A stretch of DNA of 64,000 nt from Promethearchaeota archaeon (lineage in GTDB: Archaea; Asgardarchaeota; Lokiarchaeia; Sigyniarchaeales; SOKP01): positions 34,371 to 98,370 of the forward strand of contig JBHLOC010000014.1 of assembly GCA_048940925.1 (NCBI GenBank). Reading direction: 5' to 3'. The notes below the pieces were generated by a model that worked only from the letters and a program-made list of their open reading frames with translations, did no database searches and was not told the DNA's origin. The translations under genes were made by a program, and so were the position numbers. This document shows positions 30,945 through 41,478 of the stretch, one piece after another. Position 1 is the stretch's first letter, and every line of letters starts with the position of its first letter.

Positions 30945-33215
30945 ATGAAATTTGACAATAAAATGAGTTTATTTAAAGTCACATTAGATAGGGAATACAA
31001 GGACATGTTTTTAACAACTCTTGCTGAAGCCAAGGTTACCCATATAAAAGCAAGAAGTGAATATCAAGTGAAAAAAAGTAAAGAAGAAGAAGACATATTT
31101 AAAGAAAAAGTCAAAAACTTAAGGCTTAACCTAGATGTTTTATTTAAAAAATTAGAAATTGATGAACTTGACTTTCAAGGAATAAAAGTGAAATCCAAAG
31201 AAAAAGTAATATATAATTCTAAAGACTCACATGAGTTAATAAATGATCTTTTAGAAGAAATTAATTATTATACAAATCGATTCGACGAATTAGAAAGATA
31301 TATTACAAATTCAAAAATAGAATTAGAAAAAATCACTAGTTTAAAATTTACCTATCACTTTCTTGAACAATTTAACTTAAATCGTAGTAATCTAGCTAGT
31401 TTAACTCAATTTTCTTTTAGAGCTTATACTACTTTTTCAAAGAATTTAGGAATAATAAATTCTCTGTTTGATTTTTCTGAATTTCCTCATATCATTCAAA
31501 CTGAACCTATAACGAGTGAGAGATCTGCAATTTTTATAATTTATCTAAAAGAACAAGAAAGTGATTTGAGAGAGAAACTTAGCATTATTCATGCTGAAGA
31601 AGTACCTATAATAAAGAAATACTTGACTCCAGATGGAATTAACTTTGAGAGAATAGATAAGGAAGTTGAACTTATGGTGAATTATCTATCAAAATATGAA
31701 AAAGAAATAAATAGAATTAGAGAGGCAAATTTATTAAAATTTGCGGCGATGAATGAAGTTATATCTAATCTTGAAGAATATAATTGGGCAGAAAATCAGT
31801 TTGAAGAGTTATCATTAAATCGATTAAGTTATAAATTTTTTACACTTCAAGTAAAAAAAGAAGATATAGCACAGAAATTAACTGATCTTTTTCATGATAA
31901 AATAGATATTGAAATATTTGATATTGGAAAAAGGGGCGAAATATTAAAAAATGAAAAAATAAAAGAAGAAGGAGTTAACCATATAACAAAAGAAAATATT
32001 ATTGATAAAAAAGAAGACTCAAAAGAAATAAAAGAAGATATAGAAAAGGGGACTCCTACTATGATGACTCATAATCGTATAATAAGACCTTTTGAAACAT
32101 TAACAAGAATGTATGGTACACCCTCCTACTCTGAAATTGACCCTACTCCTTTTTTATTCATTACATTTCCTTTACTATTTGGATTTATGTTTGGAGATAT
32201 AGGACATGGACTAGTCTTAATAATTTCTGGAATTGTTGGTTCTATAGTATTTAAAAAGCGAGGAGGAGATCTCTATAATTTTTGTTGGATAATTTTCTGG
32301 TGCGGTATATGGGCTGTTTTAGGTGGTTTTCTCTACGGTGAATTTTTTGGATCTGAAGATATACTAGGATACCGTCTTAAATCCATTCCAATTCCACTTC
32401 CTTTCATAGGAGTAACAACTTTCCATGATCCCTTACACAATATAATACCAATCTTAATGTTAACATTAGCCATTGGAGTTATTCAAATTAATTTAGGGTG
32501 GACACTTCAATTTATAAATTATTGGAAGGAATCCAAAAAATATCTTGCTTTTAGTGAATCTTTGATAAAAATTTTATTTTTAGATGGTTTCATATTATTA
32601 CTTGTTCTATGGGGATTTAATCTTAATGCATGGTTTTCTGCACCATTCCCTCCTATTTTATTACCTTTAATACCAGGTCTTTTATTGGTAATTCTTAAAC
32701 CACTTGGAAAAGTCTTTGGAATATCGTATTTAAAAGCATCTTCAGTTGCTGCACTATTAGGAGAAGGATCAATTGATACATTTGAAACTGTTTTATCAGT
32801 GCCGAGTAATGTTTTATCATATATAAGGATACTAGCCTTAGCCTTAGCGCATGTAGCATTGATGCTTGCAATTACAGCGATGATTGAAACAATTCCAGGA
32901 TCAGGTATATTTATCCAAATAATAATTGTAATAGCATTGATATTTGGGAATATTGTAGTAATTGTTTTGGAGGGAATTCTTGTATTTTTAAATGCTCTTA
33001 GGTTACACTTTTATGAATTCTTTTTCAAGTTTTTTCATGGCTCTGGCTCTGAATTCATTCCTTTTATTTTGAAGGATGATTATTCAGTCATGAATTTTAA
33101 TGTAGATGAGAAAGGTGATATAATTTCAACAGAAATAGAAAAAGAGATAGAAACCGAGAAAACTAAAGAAGAAATTGAAGATGCGCGGAAATATATCTAC
33201 AATCAATTTTTTTAA
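30945..33215 (+). CDS. atpI: A/V-type ATP synthase subunit I (a)
   Basis: YG.P.YSEIDPTP, FGFMFGDIGHG, SYIRILAL (essential Arg) and LRLHFYEFF.KF. Confidence 0.95.
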   Translation: MKFDNKMSLFKVTLDREYKDMFLTTLAEAKVTHIKARSEYQVKKSKEEEDIFKEKVKNLRLNLDVLFKKLEIDELDFQGIKVKSKEKVIYNSKDSHELINDLLEEINYYTNRFDELERYITNSKIELEKITSLKFTYHFLEQFNLNRSNLASLTQFSFRAYTTFSKNLGIINSLFDFSEFPHIIQTEPITSERSAIFIIYLKEQESDLREKLSIIHAEEVPIIKKYLTPDGINFERIDKEVELMVNYLSKYEKEINRIREANLLKFAAMNEVISNLEEYNWAENQFEELSLNRLSYKFFTLQVKKEDIAQKLTDLFHDKIDIEIFDIGKRGEILKNEKIKEEGVNHITKENIIDKKEDSKEIKEDIEKGTPTMMTHNRIIRPFETLTRMYGTPSYSEIDPTPFLFITFPLLFGFMFGDIGHGLVLIISGIVGSIVFKKRGGDLYNFCWIIFWCGIWAVLGGFLYGEFFGSEDILGYRLKSIPIPLPFIGVTTFHDPLHNIIPILMLTLAIGVIQINLGWTLQFINYWKESKKYLAFSESLIKILFLDGFILLLVLWGFNLNAWFSAPFPPILLPLIPGLLLVILKPLGKVFGISYLKASSVAALLGEGSIDTFETVLSVPSNVLSYIRILALALAHVALMLAITAMIETIPGSGIFIQIIIVIALIFGNIVVIVLEGILVFLNALRLHFYEFFFKFFHGSGSEFIPFILKDDYSVMNFNVDEKGDIISTEIEKEIETEKTKEEIEDARKYIYNQFF

Positions 33216-33323
33216 TATACCAAAAAATAATTTTTTACCGATTATTGATATGTTAATTATTATTTCACAAAATTTAGTCAGCAATAATATATAGATTACA
33301 CAATGTTCTTAATTAAATGAATA

Positions 33324-33743
33324 ATGACTCTTGAGAAACAAAATAGCATTAGAAAACATTCAAAAAAATTTTACATTTTTAGAATAATATTATTGACAAT
33401 ATATGTAGGTTTTCTGATCCTCCTATATAGAATTCTACTTGATTTTGGTAGTTCTCATCTAATAGCTATTTTAATTTTCACTTTTGCTTTTTTAGTTTTT
33501 TTAGGATTATTAGTTAAAAGTAAAGATCTATCTCTCCTTTCATTATTCAAACGAAAAAAAATAAAAAAAGAGAATTATATAAAAGATTATGAAAAATACC
33601 ACCCACATTTAAGAAGGGTTGATTATGTTAATCTTAATTTAAAATATCGTAAACCAATTGTACGTAAATGCAGTAATTGTGGAATTGTTTTAGCAGGATT
33701 CGTAAAGAGATGCCCTAATTGTGGTGAAAAGATCGCTCAATAA
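33324..33743 (+). CDS. Two-TM membrane protein with a C-terminal zinc ribbon
   Basis: Two hydrophobic segments followed by CSNC-x10-CPNCG. Confidence 0.7.
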   Translation: MTLEKQNSIRKHSKKFYIFRIILLTIYVGFLILLYRILLDFGSSHLIAILIFTFAFLVFLGLLVKSKDLSLLSLFKRKKIKKENYIKDYEKYHPHLRRVDYVNLNLKYRKPIVRKCSNCGIVLAGFVKRCPNCGEKIAQ

Positions 33744-33796
33744 TGAAATGAGAGTATTTTTATTTTATATATATTATCAGAAAAATTTAAAAAAAA

Positions 33797-35614
33797 ATGT
33801 CAGAAATAAAACGGGGATATATTTCAGCAATTTATGGTTCTTTAATTGAAGTGAAGGGATTAGGAAATAGAACACGACTTTTTGACTTGATTAAAGTCAC
33901 TAACAGCAACATTTTAAGTGAGATAATTCAAATTCATAAAGATTATGTAATCGCCCAAAGTTTTGAGAGTACCATTAATTTGAGATTAAAGGATGAAGTT
34001 ATAAATTTGCAACAACCATTATCTATGGAATTAGCTCCAGGTCTTTTATCTCATGTATTTGATGGACTCCAAAGACCTTTAGAAATCTCATTTCAAAAGT
34101 TTAAAGGAGGTGAATTAAGACCAGGTATTGATTTTAATTCTTTATCAAGAACAAAAAAATGGCATTTTATACCCCAAAAAAGAGTAAATGATAAGATAAA
34201 TGGTGGTGAAATAATCGGGATTGTTCCAGAAACTCCGGTTTTAGACCATAAAATCTTAATACCTCATGAGATATCTGGTAAATTATCGTTTGTGGCAGAA
34301 GAGGGAGATTATAACATTACTAACGAAATTTACAGAATAAAAAGTAATGGGGAAGAATTAGCTTTTTGTATGTTGGAAACATGCCCAATTAATGTCCAAA
34401 GACCCTTTAAAAAAAAAATACAACCAACAAAACCACTCCTAACAGGTATCAGAACAATTGATTTATTATTTCCTATCGCAAAAGGTGGAACTTTTGCAAT
34501 TCCTGGAGGTTTTGGAACAGGTAAGACTGTTATTCAAGAATCCATCGCGAAATACTGCAATGCTGATGTGATTGTCTTTATAGGGTGTGGAGAACCTGGC
34601 AATGAAATTGCTCATATAATGAAAGAATTTTCAGAAAATTTTGACTCAAATGGATATCCATTATTAGATCATATAATTCTTGTTGTCAACACTTCAAATA
34701 TGCCTGTGTCAGCACGAGAAGCAAGTCTTTTTTCAGGAATAACAATAGCAGAATACTATAGGGATATGGGATATGATGTTGCTGTAATTGCTGATAGTAT
34801 TTCAAGGTGGGCAGAAGCTTTAAGAGAAATCTCAAGCTTATTGGAAGAAATGCCTGCGGAAGAGGGATATCCAGCATATTTACCATCAAAACTTTCAAGT
34901 TTTTATGAACGAGCTGGTTCTGTAATAAACTATGGGCAAAATCTTTCTGGTAATGAAAGATTTGGATCTCTAACTGTTATTGGTTCAATATCACCTCCAG
35001 CAGGTGATTTTAACGAACCAGTTACCGCTGCCACAAAACGTATCGTTCAAGGCGTATGGGCATTAGATCCAAAGTTAGCTTATTTAAAACATTATCCTGC
35101 TATTGATTGGCTTAATTCTTATTCAAACTATCCTGAATATATTTTAAACTGGTGGAAAGAAAATGATATTATTTGGGATGAAGCAACTCTTGATTGGTAT
35201 GAATGTCGTGAATTAATAAATGAAATTTTATCGAAAGAGAATGATTTTAAATTAGCTGTACAATTAACAGGAGAATTAGACCTAACAGAAACTCAGAAAT
35301 TCGATCTTCTTACAGCAAAGTTAATTAGAAATAGTTTTCTCATCCAAAATGCATATGATAACATTGATAATTTTACTGATTATAAGAAATTATTAGTGTT
35401 GATTAAGTTAATCCTCTTAATTTACAAGGAGGGAAAAACCCTCTTGAAAACAGGATTCTCATTTGAAGAAAGTCAATTTGATCAGGTAATAAATAGTATT
35501 AAAAATATAAATAATTCAATCTCTAATGAAAATTATAATCAAATTGAAAAATTAAAAAACAAAATTTTAGATGAGTCTTTAAGTTTAATATTTCCCTCTC
35601 GAAAAATGAAATAA
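33797..35614 (+). CDS. atpA: Second A/V-type ATPase subunit A, divergent (GCGEPGNE)
   Basis: Full-length paralog of 27059..28894; P-loop GGFGTGKT retained; the GER Arg is replaced by Pro. Confidence 0.92.
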   Translation: MSEIKRGYISAIYGSLIEVKGLGNRTRLFDLIKVTNSNILSEIIQIHKDYVIAQSFESTINLRLKDEVINLQQPLSMELAPGLLSHVFDGLQRPLEISFQKFKGGELRPGIDFNSLSRTKKWHFIPQKRVNDKINGGEIIGIVPETPVLDHKILIPHEISGKLSFVAEEGDYNITNEIYRIKSNGEELAFCMLETCPINVQRPFKKKIQPTKPLLTGIRTIDLLFPIAKGGTFAIPGGFGTGKTVIQESIAKYCNADVIVFIGCGEPGNEIAHIMKEFSENFDSNGYPLLDHIILVVNTSNMPVSAREASLFSGITIAEYYRDMGYDVAVIADSISRWAEALREISSLLEEMPAEEGYPAYLPSKLSSFYERAGSVINYGQNLSGNERFGSLTVIGSISPPAGDFNEPVTAATKRIVQGVWALDPKLAYLKHYPAIDWLNSYSNYPEYILNWWKENDIIWDEATLDWYECRELINEILSKENDFKLAVQLTGELDLTETQKFDLLTAKLIRNSFLIQNAYDNIDNFTDYKKLLVLIKLILLIYKEGKTLLKTGFSFEESQFDQVINSIKNINNSISNENYNQIEKLKNKILDESLSLIFPSRKMK

Positions 35615-35821
35615 ACTTATTATACTGACAAAATTCCTTACTTTGAAAAGTGCTAAAGTATAGATTTTGTTATTTTTAAATTGTAAATTAAAAAATGAAA
35701 TAATATAACGCATTTTCTAAAAATTTCTGAGTATTAAACAGTAAATCGCTTAAATAAGAAAAGTTATAAAAGGTAAAAATAAATAAACAATATTGTGTGA
35801 AAATTATCTATTTTTTAAATC

Positions 35822-36274
35822 ATGATTGAAGAAATAAGATATAATTCAATTTTAGTTCCAATTGATGGTTCTAATCGAAGTTTTAATGCAGTTAGATATG
35901 CTCTAAAACTAGCAATGTTTTTTAGAGATAGTTTAGTTACAATTTGTCATGTAGTAAATAAAGATAAAATAAAACAAATATCATCATACCAAGGAGAAAA
36001 TAGAGACCAGCTTGAACAAAAATTTATTGGACAAGGGGAGAAATATTGCAAAAGGGCAGAAGAGGAAGCAAAACTGATAGGATTTAACGATAATAACCTA
36101 GAAAGTAAAATTCTCCTTGGTGAACCAGTAGAAGAAATTATTAATATTGCTAAAAATTACGATCTAATTATAATGGCAGCACGAGGTAAAGAACATATTA
36201 GAGAATTTGTGATTGGTCATGTTACAGATCGCATTATTCGATTATCAGACATCCCTGTTCTTATTGTCCCATAA
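35822..36274 (+). CDS. Universal stress protein (UspA family)
   Basis: ILVPIDGS, G.P.EEII, DLIIMAARG, IGHVT and PVLIV. Confidence 0.92.
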   Translation: MIEEIRYNSILVPIDGSNRSFNAVRYALKLAMFFRDSLVTICHVVNKDKIKQISSYQGENRDQLEQKFIGQGEKYCKRAEEEAKLIGFNDNNLESKILLGEPVEEIINIAKNYDLIIMAARGKEHIREFVIGHVTDRIIRLSDIPVLIVP

Positions 36275-36717
36275 TTTTTATGTTTATTTTTTAATTTTTT
36301 GATTTCAAGTCAATGTTAAGGGTTTCTAAATTCAGGTTATTTTAAAGATCTTAGCAGAACCTCATATATAACGGAGTTTTTCACAAATTTTGTTAGTAGA
36401 TTTTAAATTGAATAAGTTAATTTAGCAAACATAATTTATAAAAAAGATATTAACAGTGGGTTTTATTAGATAGATAAAATACTTTTATTGGAAATAAATT
36501 TTTTACTTTTCATATCATTTGTAATGATTATTTTCATCGAAAAGAGAAAATTCCTCCTAAATGGAATAACTGATAATAACATCATTTTTTTTTAAAAAAT
36601 CAATAATTCTTAAACACAAGTTTAATTTAAGAATTAGATGCTATTTTTCTTAAACATTAAAATTATTGTATCAAAAAAAATTAATTAATAATCATTTTTA
36701 AAATTGGGAAAAATTAA

Positions 36718-36996
36718 ATGAAAATAGATATAAAAGAATCAATTATAAAAAAGTGTGTTAATGAAATTTCAAATCTAATTAAAATGCAAATAGAAAAAGG
36801 GATTCAAGTTTTTCAAGCAATTGATAATGCATTACAGGAATTTGAGCTTGAAGATGAGATTATGATAAAATATGAAGTTGAAATGGTAAAAAGAGGTAAT
36901 ACTAAGAATCTAGATATAAAACCAGCGCAAATTGATAAATTAAAGGATGAAATAATAAAATTGGTATATAATAAATATCTTAATAAAACAGATTAA
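36718..36996 (+). CDS. Hypothetical protein
   Basis: 92-aa ORF with coding-like composition in an otherwise empty gap. Confidence 0.55.
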   Translation: MKIDIKESIIKKCVNEISNLIKMQIEKGIQVFQAIDNALQEFELEDEIMIKYEVEMVKRGNTKNLDIKPAQIDKLKDEIIKLVYNKYLNKTD

Positions 36997-37017
36997 TAAT
37001 ATTTTTGAGTATAGGAA

Positions 37018-38757
37018 CTATTTAACATGAATTAAACGGACTAGTGATCCAAATCCCAATATACTTGAAACAACTGATCCAAAAAATATTTGAATTATTA
37101 TGAAAGAACTTATCATAACTGAACTAAATTTGTTAGTTCTTTCATATATAATTGAGTTCATAACCATAACAGTTAAAAAAATTAAATAAGTAGCTAACAT
37201 CGCACTTATAAGAAATAATTCACGAGAAAAATATACCAAGATAAAAATATTAATTGATTCCATTAATGCCGTAATTATTGTTTTATATTTTGGAGATGCT
37301 ATGAAATTAAGCTTTGGATATATAATTTTTCTATAAAAGATTTCCATAGATAAATAAAAAGGATAAATTTCAAACGTCAAAATATATGACAACAAATTTA
37401 CCGGAGAAAAAAATGCAAATGGATATAAAAGTGAAAAAATAATATAGAACGATAAAAAGATACTAGTAGAAAAAAGAGAATATAATAACACATTTTTATG
37501 GAATTGAGACTTTATTTCATCTACTAGTCTTAATTTAACATATATGCTAAATTTTTCTCCTTTTATTTCAGCACTTATTAAATACTTTATAAATATCGAT
37601 ATAAAATATATTGAAAGAATGATAATAGGTATAAAGAAGAGACTAGTTATTCCTATATATTTTAAAGGAAGAGCCCACAAAATTAGAAAACCTGAATAAA
37701 ATAATATAATAATAAAAGTATTCTGTATATTTGTAGATTTTTGGCTTTGATGATCTTCTTCCAATTTGATGATTTCTTTTGAGTAATCTTTAACTGAAAA
37801 GTATTTAAAGAAATATTTCATAATTGCAATCGTTGTTAGGACTAATCCAAATAAACTTAAACCTAACAAAATATATGTATTGAGATAGGAGAGTTCAATA
37901 GGACCATTTTTTGTTTCAGACCCAAATAAATGCAATTCAAACCAGTTAATAGTTTCAATAATTACTTTATCAGTAAAAAGATAATGAGGTCCCCCAAATA
38001 TATGGTGATCAATCGTGATTAACTTGCAATTCGTTAAATTTTTTGCCACTAAAGCATTTTTGCTATATGGAACGGTTGAATCATAAATAGATTGAATAAC
38101 CATTAAATTACTTGGAGAACTCTCATTTATAATTTTAGATGGAATAAATTTCATAAAAGTATTATCTTTTTCTATTCCAAAATAACTGGCAGAAAAGTTA
38201 ACTAATCCAGCCCATGTCACGGTTACTTTAAAACGCTTATCTAGAGCTGCATTCATTAAGGCTACCATCCCTCCTACTGAGTGTCCTACAAGTCCTATTT
38301 GAGATGAATTTATTTTAGCAAATATTGGCATAGTAGTTAATTTATCTAATAATTTTGAGCAATCTTGAGCAATTGCTGGAACATTTGTTCGATTCATATA
38401 AGATTGAGAATTAATATCTAAAAGACGACCTTCACTCTCTCCATTTCCTCTATAATCTATGGCAGCTACATAGAAACCTCTTTTAGTAAATTCATTTGGA
38501 ATTCTTGGATCTAAGTCTTTTTGACTTCCTAACCCATGTGCAAAAATAATTAATGGGGCTTTATCTTGAAATTGCAGTTTTTTGATCGGATGAAAAAGAT
38601 TTGCATAAAGTCTTGCTCCAGATGATTTAAAAAGAACTCTTTCATAAATCAAATAACTTTCAAATCTAAATGCATATAACGAACTCACAGAACCTATAAA
38701 AAATACTATCGAAAACAGGAAAAATTTATTAATTCTTCTTTTCTTTTTATTTTTCAT
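37018..38757 (-). CDS. Membrane-anchored alpha/beta hydrolase with a multi-TM C-terminal domain
   Basis: N-terminal TM, HGLG, DYRGNGES, GHSVGG nucleophile elbow, D.TVP and a His; many C-terminal TM helices. Confidence 0.85.
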   Translation of the reverse strand: MKNKKKRRINKFFLFSIVFFIGSVSSLYAFRFESYLIYERVLFKSSGARLYANLFHPIKKLQFQDKAPLIIFAHGLGSQKDLDPRIPNEFTKRGFYVAAIDYRGNGESEGRLLDINSQSYMNRTNVPAIAQDCSKLLDKLTTMPIFAKINSSQIGLVGHSVGGMVALMNAALDKRFKVTVTWAGLVNFSASYFGIEKDNTFMKFIPSKIINESSPSNLMVIQSIYDSTVPYSKNALVAKNLTNCKLITIDHHIFGGPHYLFTDKVIIETINWFELHLFGSETKNGPIELSYLNTYILLGLSLFGLVLTTIAIMKYFFKYFSVKDYSKEIIKLEEDHQSQKSTNIQNTFIIILFYSGFLILWALPLKYIGITSLFFIPIIILSIYFISIFIKYLISAEIKGEKFSIYVKLRLVDEIKSQFHKNVLLYSLFSTSIFLSFYIIFSLLYPFAFFSPVNLLSYILTFEIYPFYLSMEIFYRKIIYPKLNFIASPKYKTIITALMESINIFILVYFSRELFLISAMLATYLIFLTVMVMNSIIYERTNKFSSVMISSFIIIQIFFGSVVSSILGFGSLVRLIHVK

Positions 38758-39266
38758 ACTTCTATGCTGATTATATTTTTAAGTTTCATCTTTTGGGTAT
38801 TTAAAATTATTGATTTATGAAAAAAATCTCTACTATTAAATTTTTTTCAATATCATATTATTAAATCATCACGAATTTTTAAGTTAAAATTTGAAAATTT
38901 ACACAGAATAATTATTCATTTACTATTTCTTAATAATTCATTTATTATTATTTTTAGAATAAACCTTCTGTCTAAATTTCACCCTTATTTTCTTACACCA
39001 TTCAAACTTAAAAAAAAAATATTTCAATTCCTCATGAAATTATTGAAAAAATGTAATTCAAAAAAGGACCGAAAAATTATCCTAAAAAATTTGCATTTTT
39101 TGTTCCCTTTCCTTTATATCTCTTGAATTTCAAAAGTAAATAAAATTCTTCATGTAGACATATAATCTAAATTTTTAGTTTTAGTTATTTTATAATTTGT
39201 AAAGAATATCTTTTTCAAATCTTTTTGTTATTTAATAATTAAGAAAATCTATTGAGGTGAATAATT

Positions 39267-39722
39267 TTGTATAAAAAAATATTAGTTGGTATTGATGATT
39301 CCCAGGATGCGATGGATGCTGTGAAAAAAGCATTAGAATTCAAAAAAAGTGAAAATAGTGAAGTCATTGTATTTCATTCTGTAATTCATCACATATCTGA
39401 ACTTATTCCTAATCTATCATTTACTGCAACTTCAACTACATCAGTTTCATTTTCAGTTCATGAAGACTATATTAATCTTGGAAGAAAAATATTAAAAACT
39501 GTTAAAAAACTGTTTGCTGATGATAATCAGCAAGTCGAAACTAGATTAATTTTTGATATATCTCCTGAAAACTATATCATAAAAAAAGTAGAAGAAGAAA
39601 ACTTTGATTTGGTTATTTTAGGATGCAAGGGAAAACATTCAAAAATAAAGAGAACTTTTTTAGGTACAATACCAAATAGAGTGATTAATAATGCAGCTTG
39701 TGATGTCTTAATTGTTAGATAA
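39267..39722 (+). CDS. Universal stress protein (UspA family)
   Basis: KKILVGIDDS, FDLVILGCKG, LGTIP and CDVLIVR; TTG start 6 nt after GAGGTGA. Confidence 0.92.
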   Translation: MYKKILVGIDDSQDAMDAVKKALEFKKSENSEVIVFHSVIHHISELIPNLSFTATSTTSVSFSVHEDYINLGRKILKTVKKLFADDNQQVETRLIFDISPENYIIKKVEEENFDLVILGCKGKHSKIKRTFLGTIPNRVINNAACDVLIVR

Positions 39723-39822
39723 GGTTAACGATTTTTGAGATGTTGAAAGTTAATAAAACAAATCAATTAAATAAATAAGACTTTAAACCGTTTAAATTTT
39801 GTTTTTTCTGTTCCAATTTATA

Positions 39823-40419
39823 TTATGGTTTAAACCATTCGAAGAAATAATACGATTTTGTTAATGGATTTGCAATAACAAATTTTTTCCTCACAGAGGT
39901 TGCTAACCTTCCTGCCCTTACCATATCTATAGCCGTAATTTCTGAATTGTGAGGTAACACATGAACCATAAAAAGTGAATGCTCAAGTCCTGGTCCTTTT
40001 TTATAGACTACAAAATCCGCTCCAAATTTAAGACCTGGTCGTGGAACATATTTCTTGTCTCTTAAATCTTTATATATAACATATTTATCTTCGAACTTGC
40101 TATGGACTTTTTTAGCTTTACTAAAAAACTCCTGGGCATTTAAATTTTGTTGCGTTTTAACATCAAAAACTGTAATTTCATTATGCTCTAATAAATAATA
40201 TGCTTCTATTAATGATAACTCACTAGGCTTTGAAAAATATTCTAATCGAGGTTTACTAATTCCAAGCGGACTTCCAAAAAAGTTTTTTTTCACATAGAGA
40301 TAAGAAGCGTATAAAGGATTAAATACAATAACTCGATCATTTATAAATTTTGTAGGGATTCTATCTGGTATTTCAACGTCATCCAGAGAGATTTGTTCTT
40401 CCTTTCCTTCTTTCATCAA
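39823..40419 (-). CDS. endA: tRNA-splicing endonuclease, catalytic subunit
   Basis: LSLIEAYYL, YKDLR.K.Y, GLKFGADFVVY..GP..EHS (Tyr, His) and R.A.SVRKK (Lys). Confidence 0.93.
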   Translation of the reverse strand: MMKEGKEEQISLDDVEIPDRIPTKFINDRVIVFNPLYASYLYVKKNFFGSPLGISKPRLEYFSKPSELSLIEAYYLLEHNEITVFDVKTQQNLNAQEFFSKAKKVHSKFEDKYVIYKDLRDKKYVPRPGLKFGADFVVYKKGPGLEHSLFMVHVLPHNSEITAIDMVRAGRLATSVRKKFVIANPLTKSYYFFEWFKP

Positions 40420-40539
40420 TGAAGAGTTATTTACTATAACTTAATAAATCTTACAATTTCTCAATGACTAGATTAAATTATTAAAGTTGTAAAAATAATA
40501 TTTTTAATATTGGAATAATAATTATCGGTGATTGATAGA

Positions 40540-41427
40540 ATGGTAATAAGAAAAGCAACTCACGCTGGAAGTTGGTATCCAGGATCAAAAAAAAGTTTGT
40601 CTGAAGCCTTAAGAGAATACTTTAAAGATGAAAAATTTGGCCCTAATGAAGATTTCTCATCAATGAATAAAGCTGAGAGAAGTATTATAGGGGGAGTTTC
40701 ACCCCATGCTGGAATGGCTTATTCTGGACCCTGTGCTGCATTTACTTACTTAAATCTATTTAAAGAAAAAATACCTGATACAGTTATAATTTTAGGTACC
40801 GATCACATAGGATATCATAAAATAGCAATGATGAGAAAAGGAGAATGGGAAACTCCATTAGGAAACTTGAAGATAGATGAAAAATTATCAGAAGCAATTA
40901 TCGAAAATACCAAAATAATTAAAGAAGATAATTCTCTTTTCATGGGTTTTCAAGCAGAGCAAGAACATAATATAGAAATTCAGTTGCCATTCATAAAATA
41001 TTGCTCTCAAGATAAAGATGTGAATATAGTTCCTATTAAAATAGCTGGTACGAGAGATTTTAAAACGTTGAACGAAATTTCCAATGATATTGCTAAAGGA
41101 ATAATATCAATTGATAAAGATGTTGTCATTGTAGCTTCTTCTGATATGTCACATAAATCGGTAAGTAATTTAGACGAATTAGATGAATTTAAAAAGATTG
41201 ATAGAGCTATGATTGATGAATTTGAAAATCTAAACCCTGAAAAAACCCTTGAAGCTGCTTTAAAAACTTCAATATGTGGTCCACAAACAATTACTAGTAT
41301 GATGTTGATTTGTAAAAATCTAAATGCAACTAAAGGGAAGTTATTGAAATATTACACAAGTTCTGAAAGAACTGGAAGTATTGGCGGCTATTGTGTAGGA
41401 TACTTTTCAGGAATATTAATTAAATAA
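40540..41427 (+). CDS. MEMO1 family protein (AmmeMemoRadiSam protein B)
   Basis: R.ATHAGSWYP, PHAG..YSG, EH.IEIQLPF, ASSDMSH, ICG and VGY. Confidence 0.92.
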   Translation: MVIRKATHAGSWYPGSKKSLSEALREYFKDEKFGPNEDFSSMNKAERSIIGGVSPHAGMAYSGPCAAFTYLNLFKEKIPDTVIILGTDHIGYHKIAMMRKGEWETPLGNLKIDEKLSEAIIENTKIIKEDNSLFMGFQAEQEHNIEIQLPFIKYCSQDKDVNIVPIKIAGTRDFKTLNEISNDIAKGIISIDKDVVIVASSDMSHKSVSNLDELDEFKKIDRAMIDEFENLNPEKTLEAALKTSICGPQTITSMMLICKNLNATKGKLLKYYTSSERTGSIGGYCVGYFSGILIK

Positions 41428-41478
41428 TATTTTATTAGAGATTAAAATTTAATATTAATAAATATTTCCATAAGAAAG

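Noticed and set aside
38758-39266. Long AT-rich intergenic gaps (also 5691-6160, 23653-24164, 36275-36717) considered as origins or ncRNA loci
   Set aside because: No repeated ORB-like boxes, no adjacent cdc6/orc1 and no convincing stems seen by eye.
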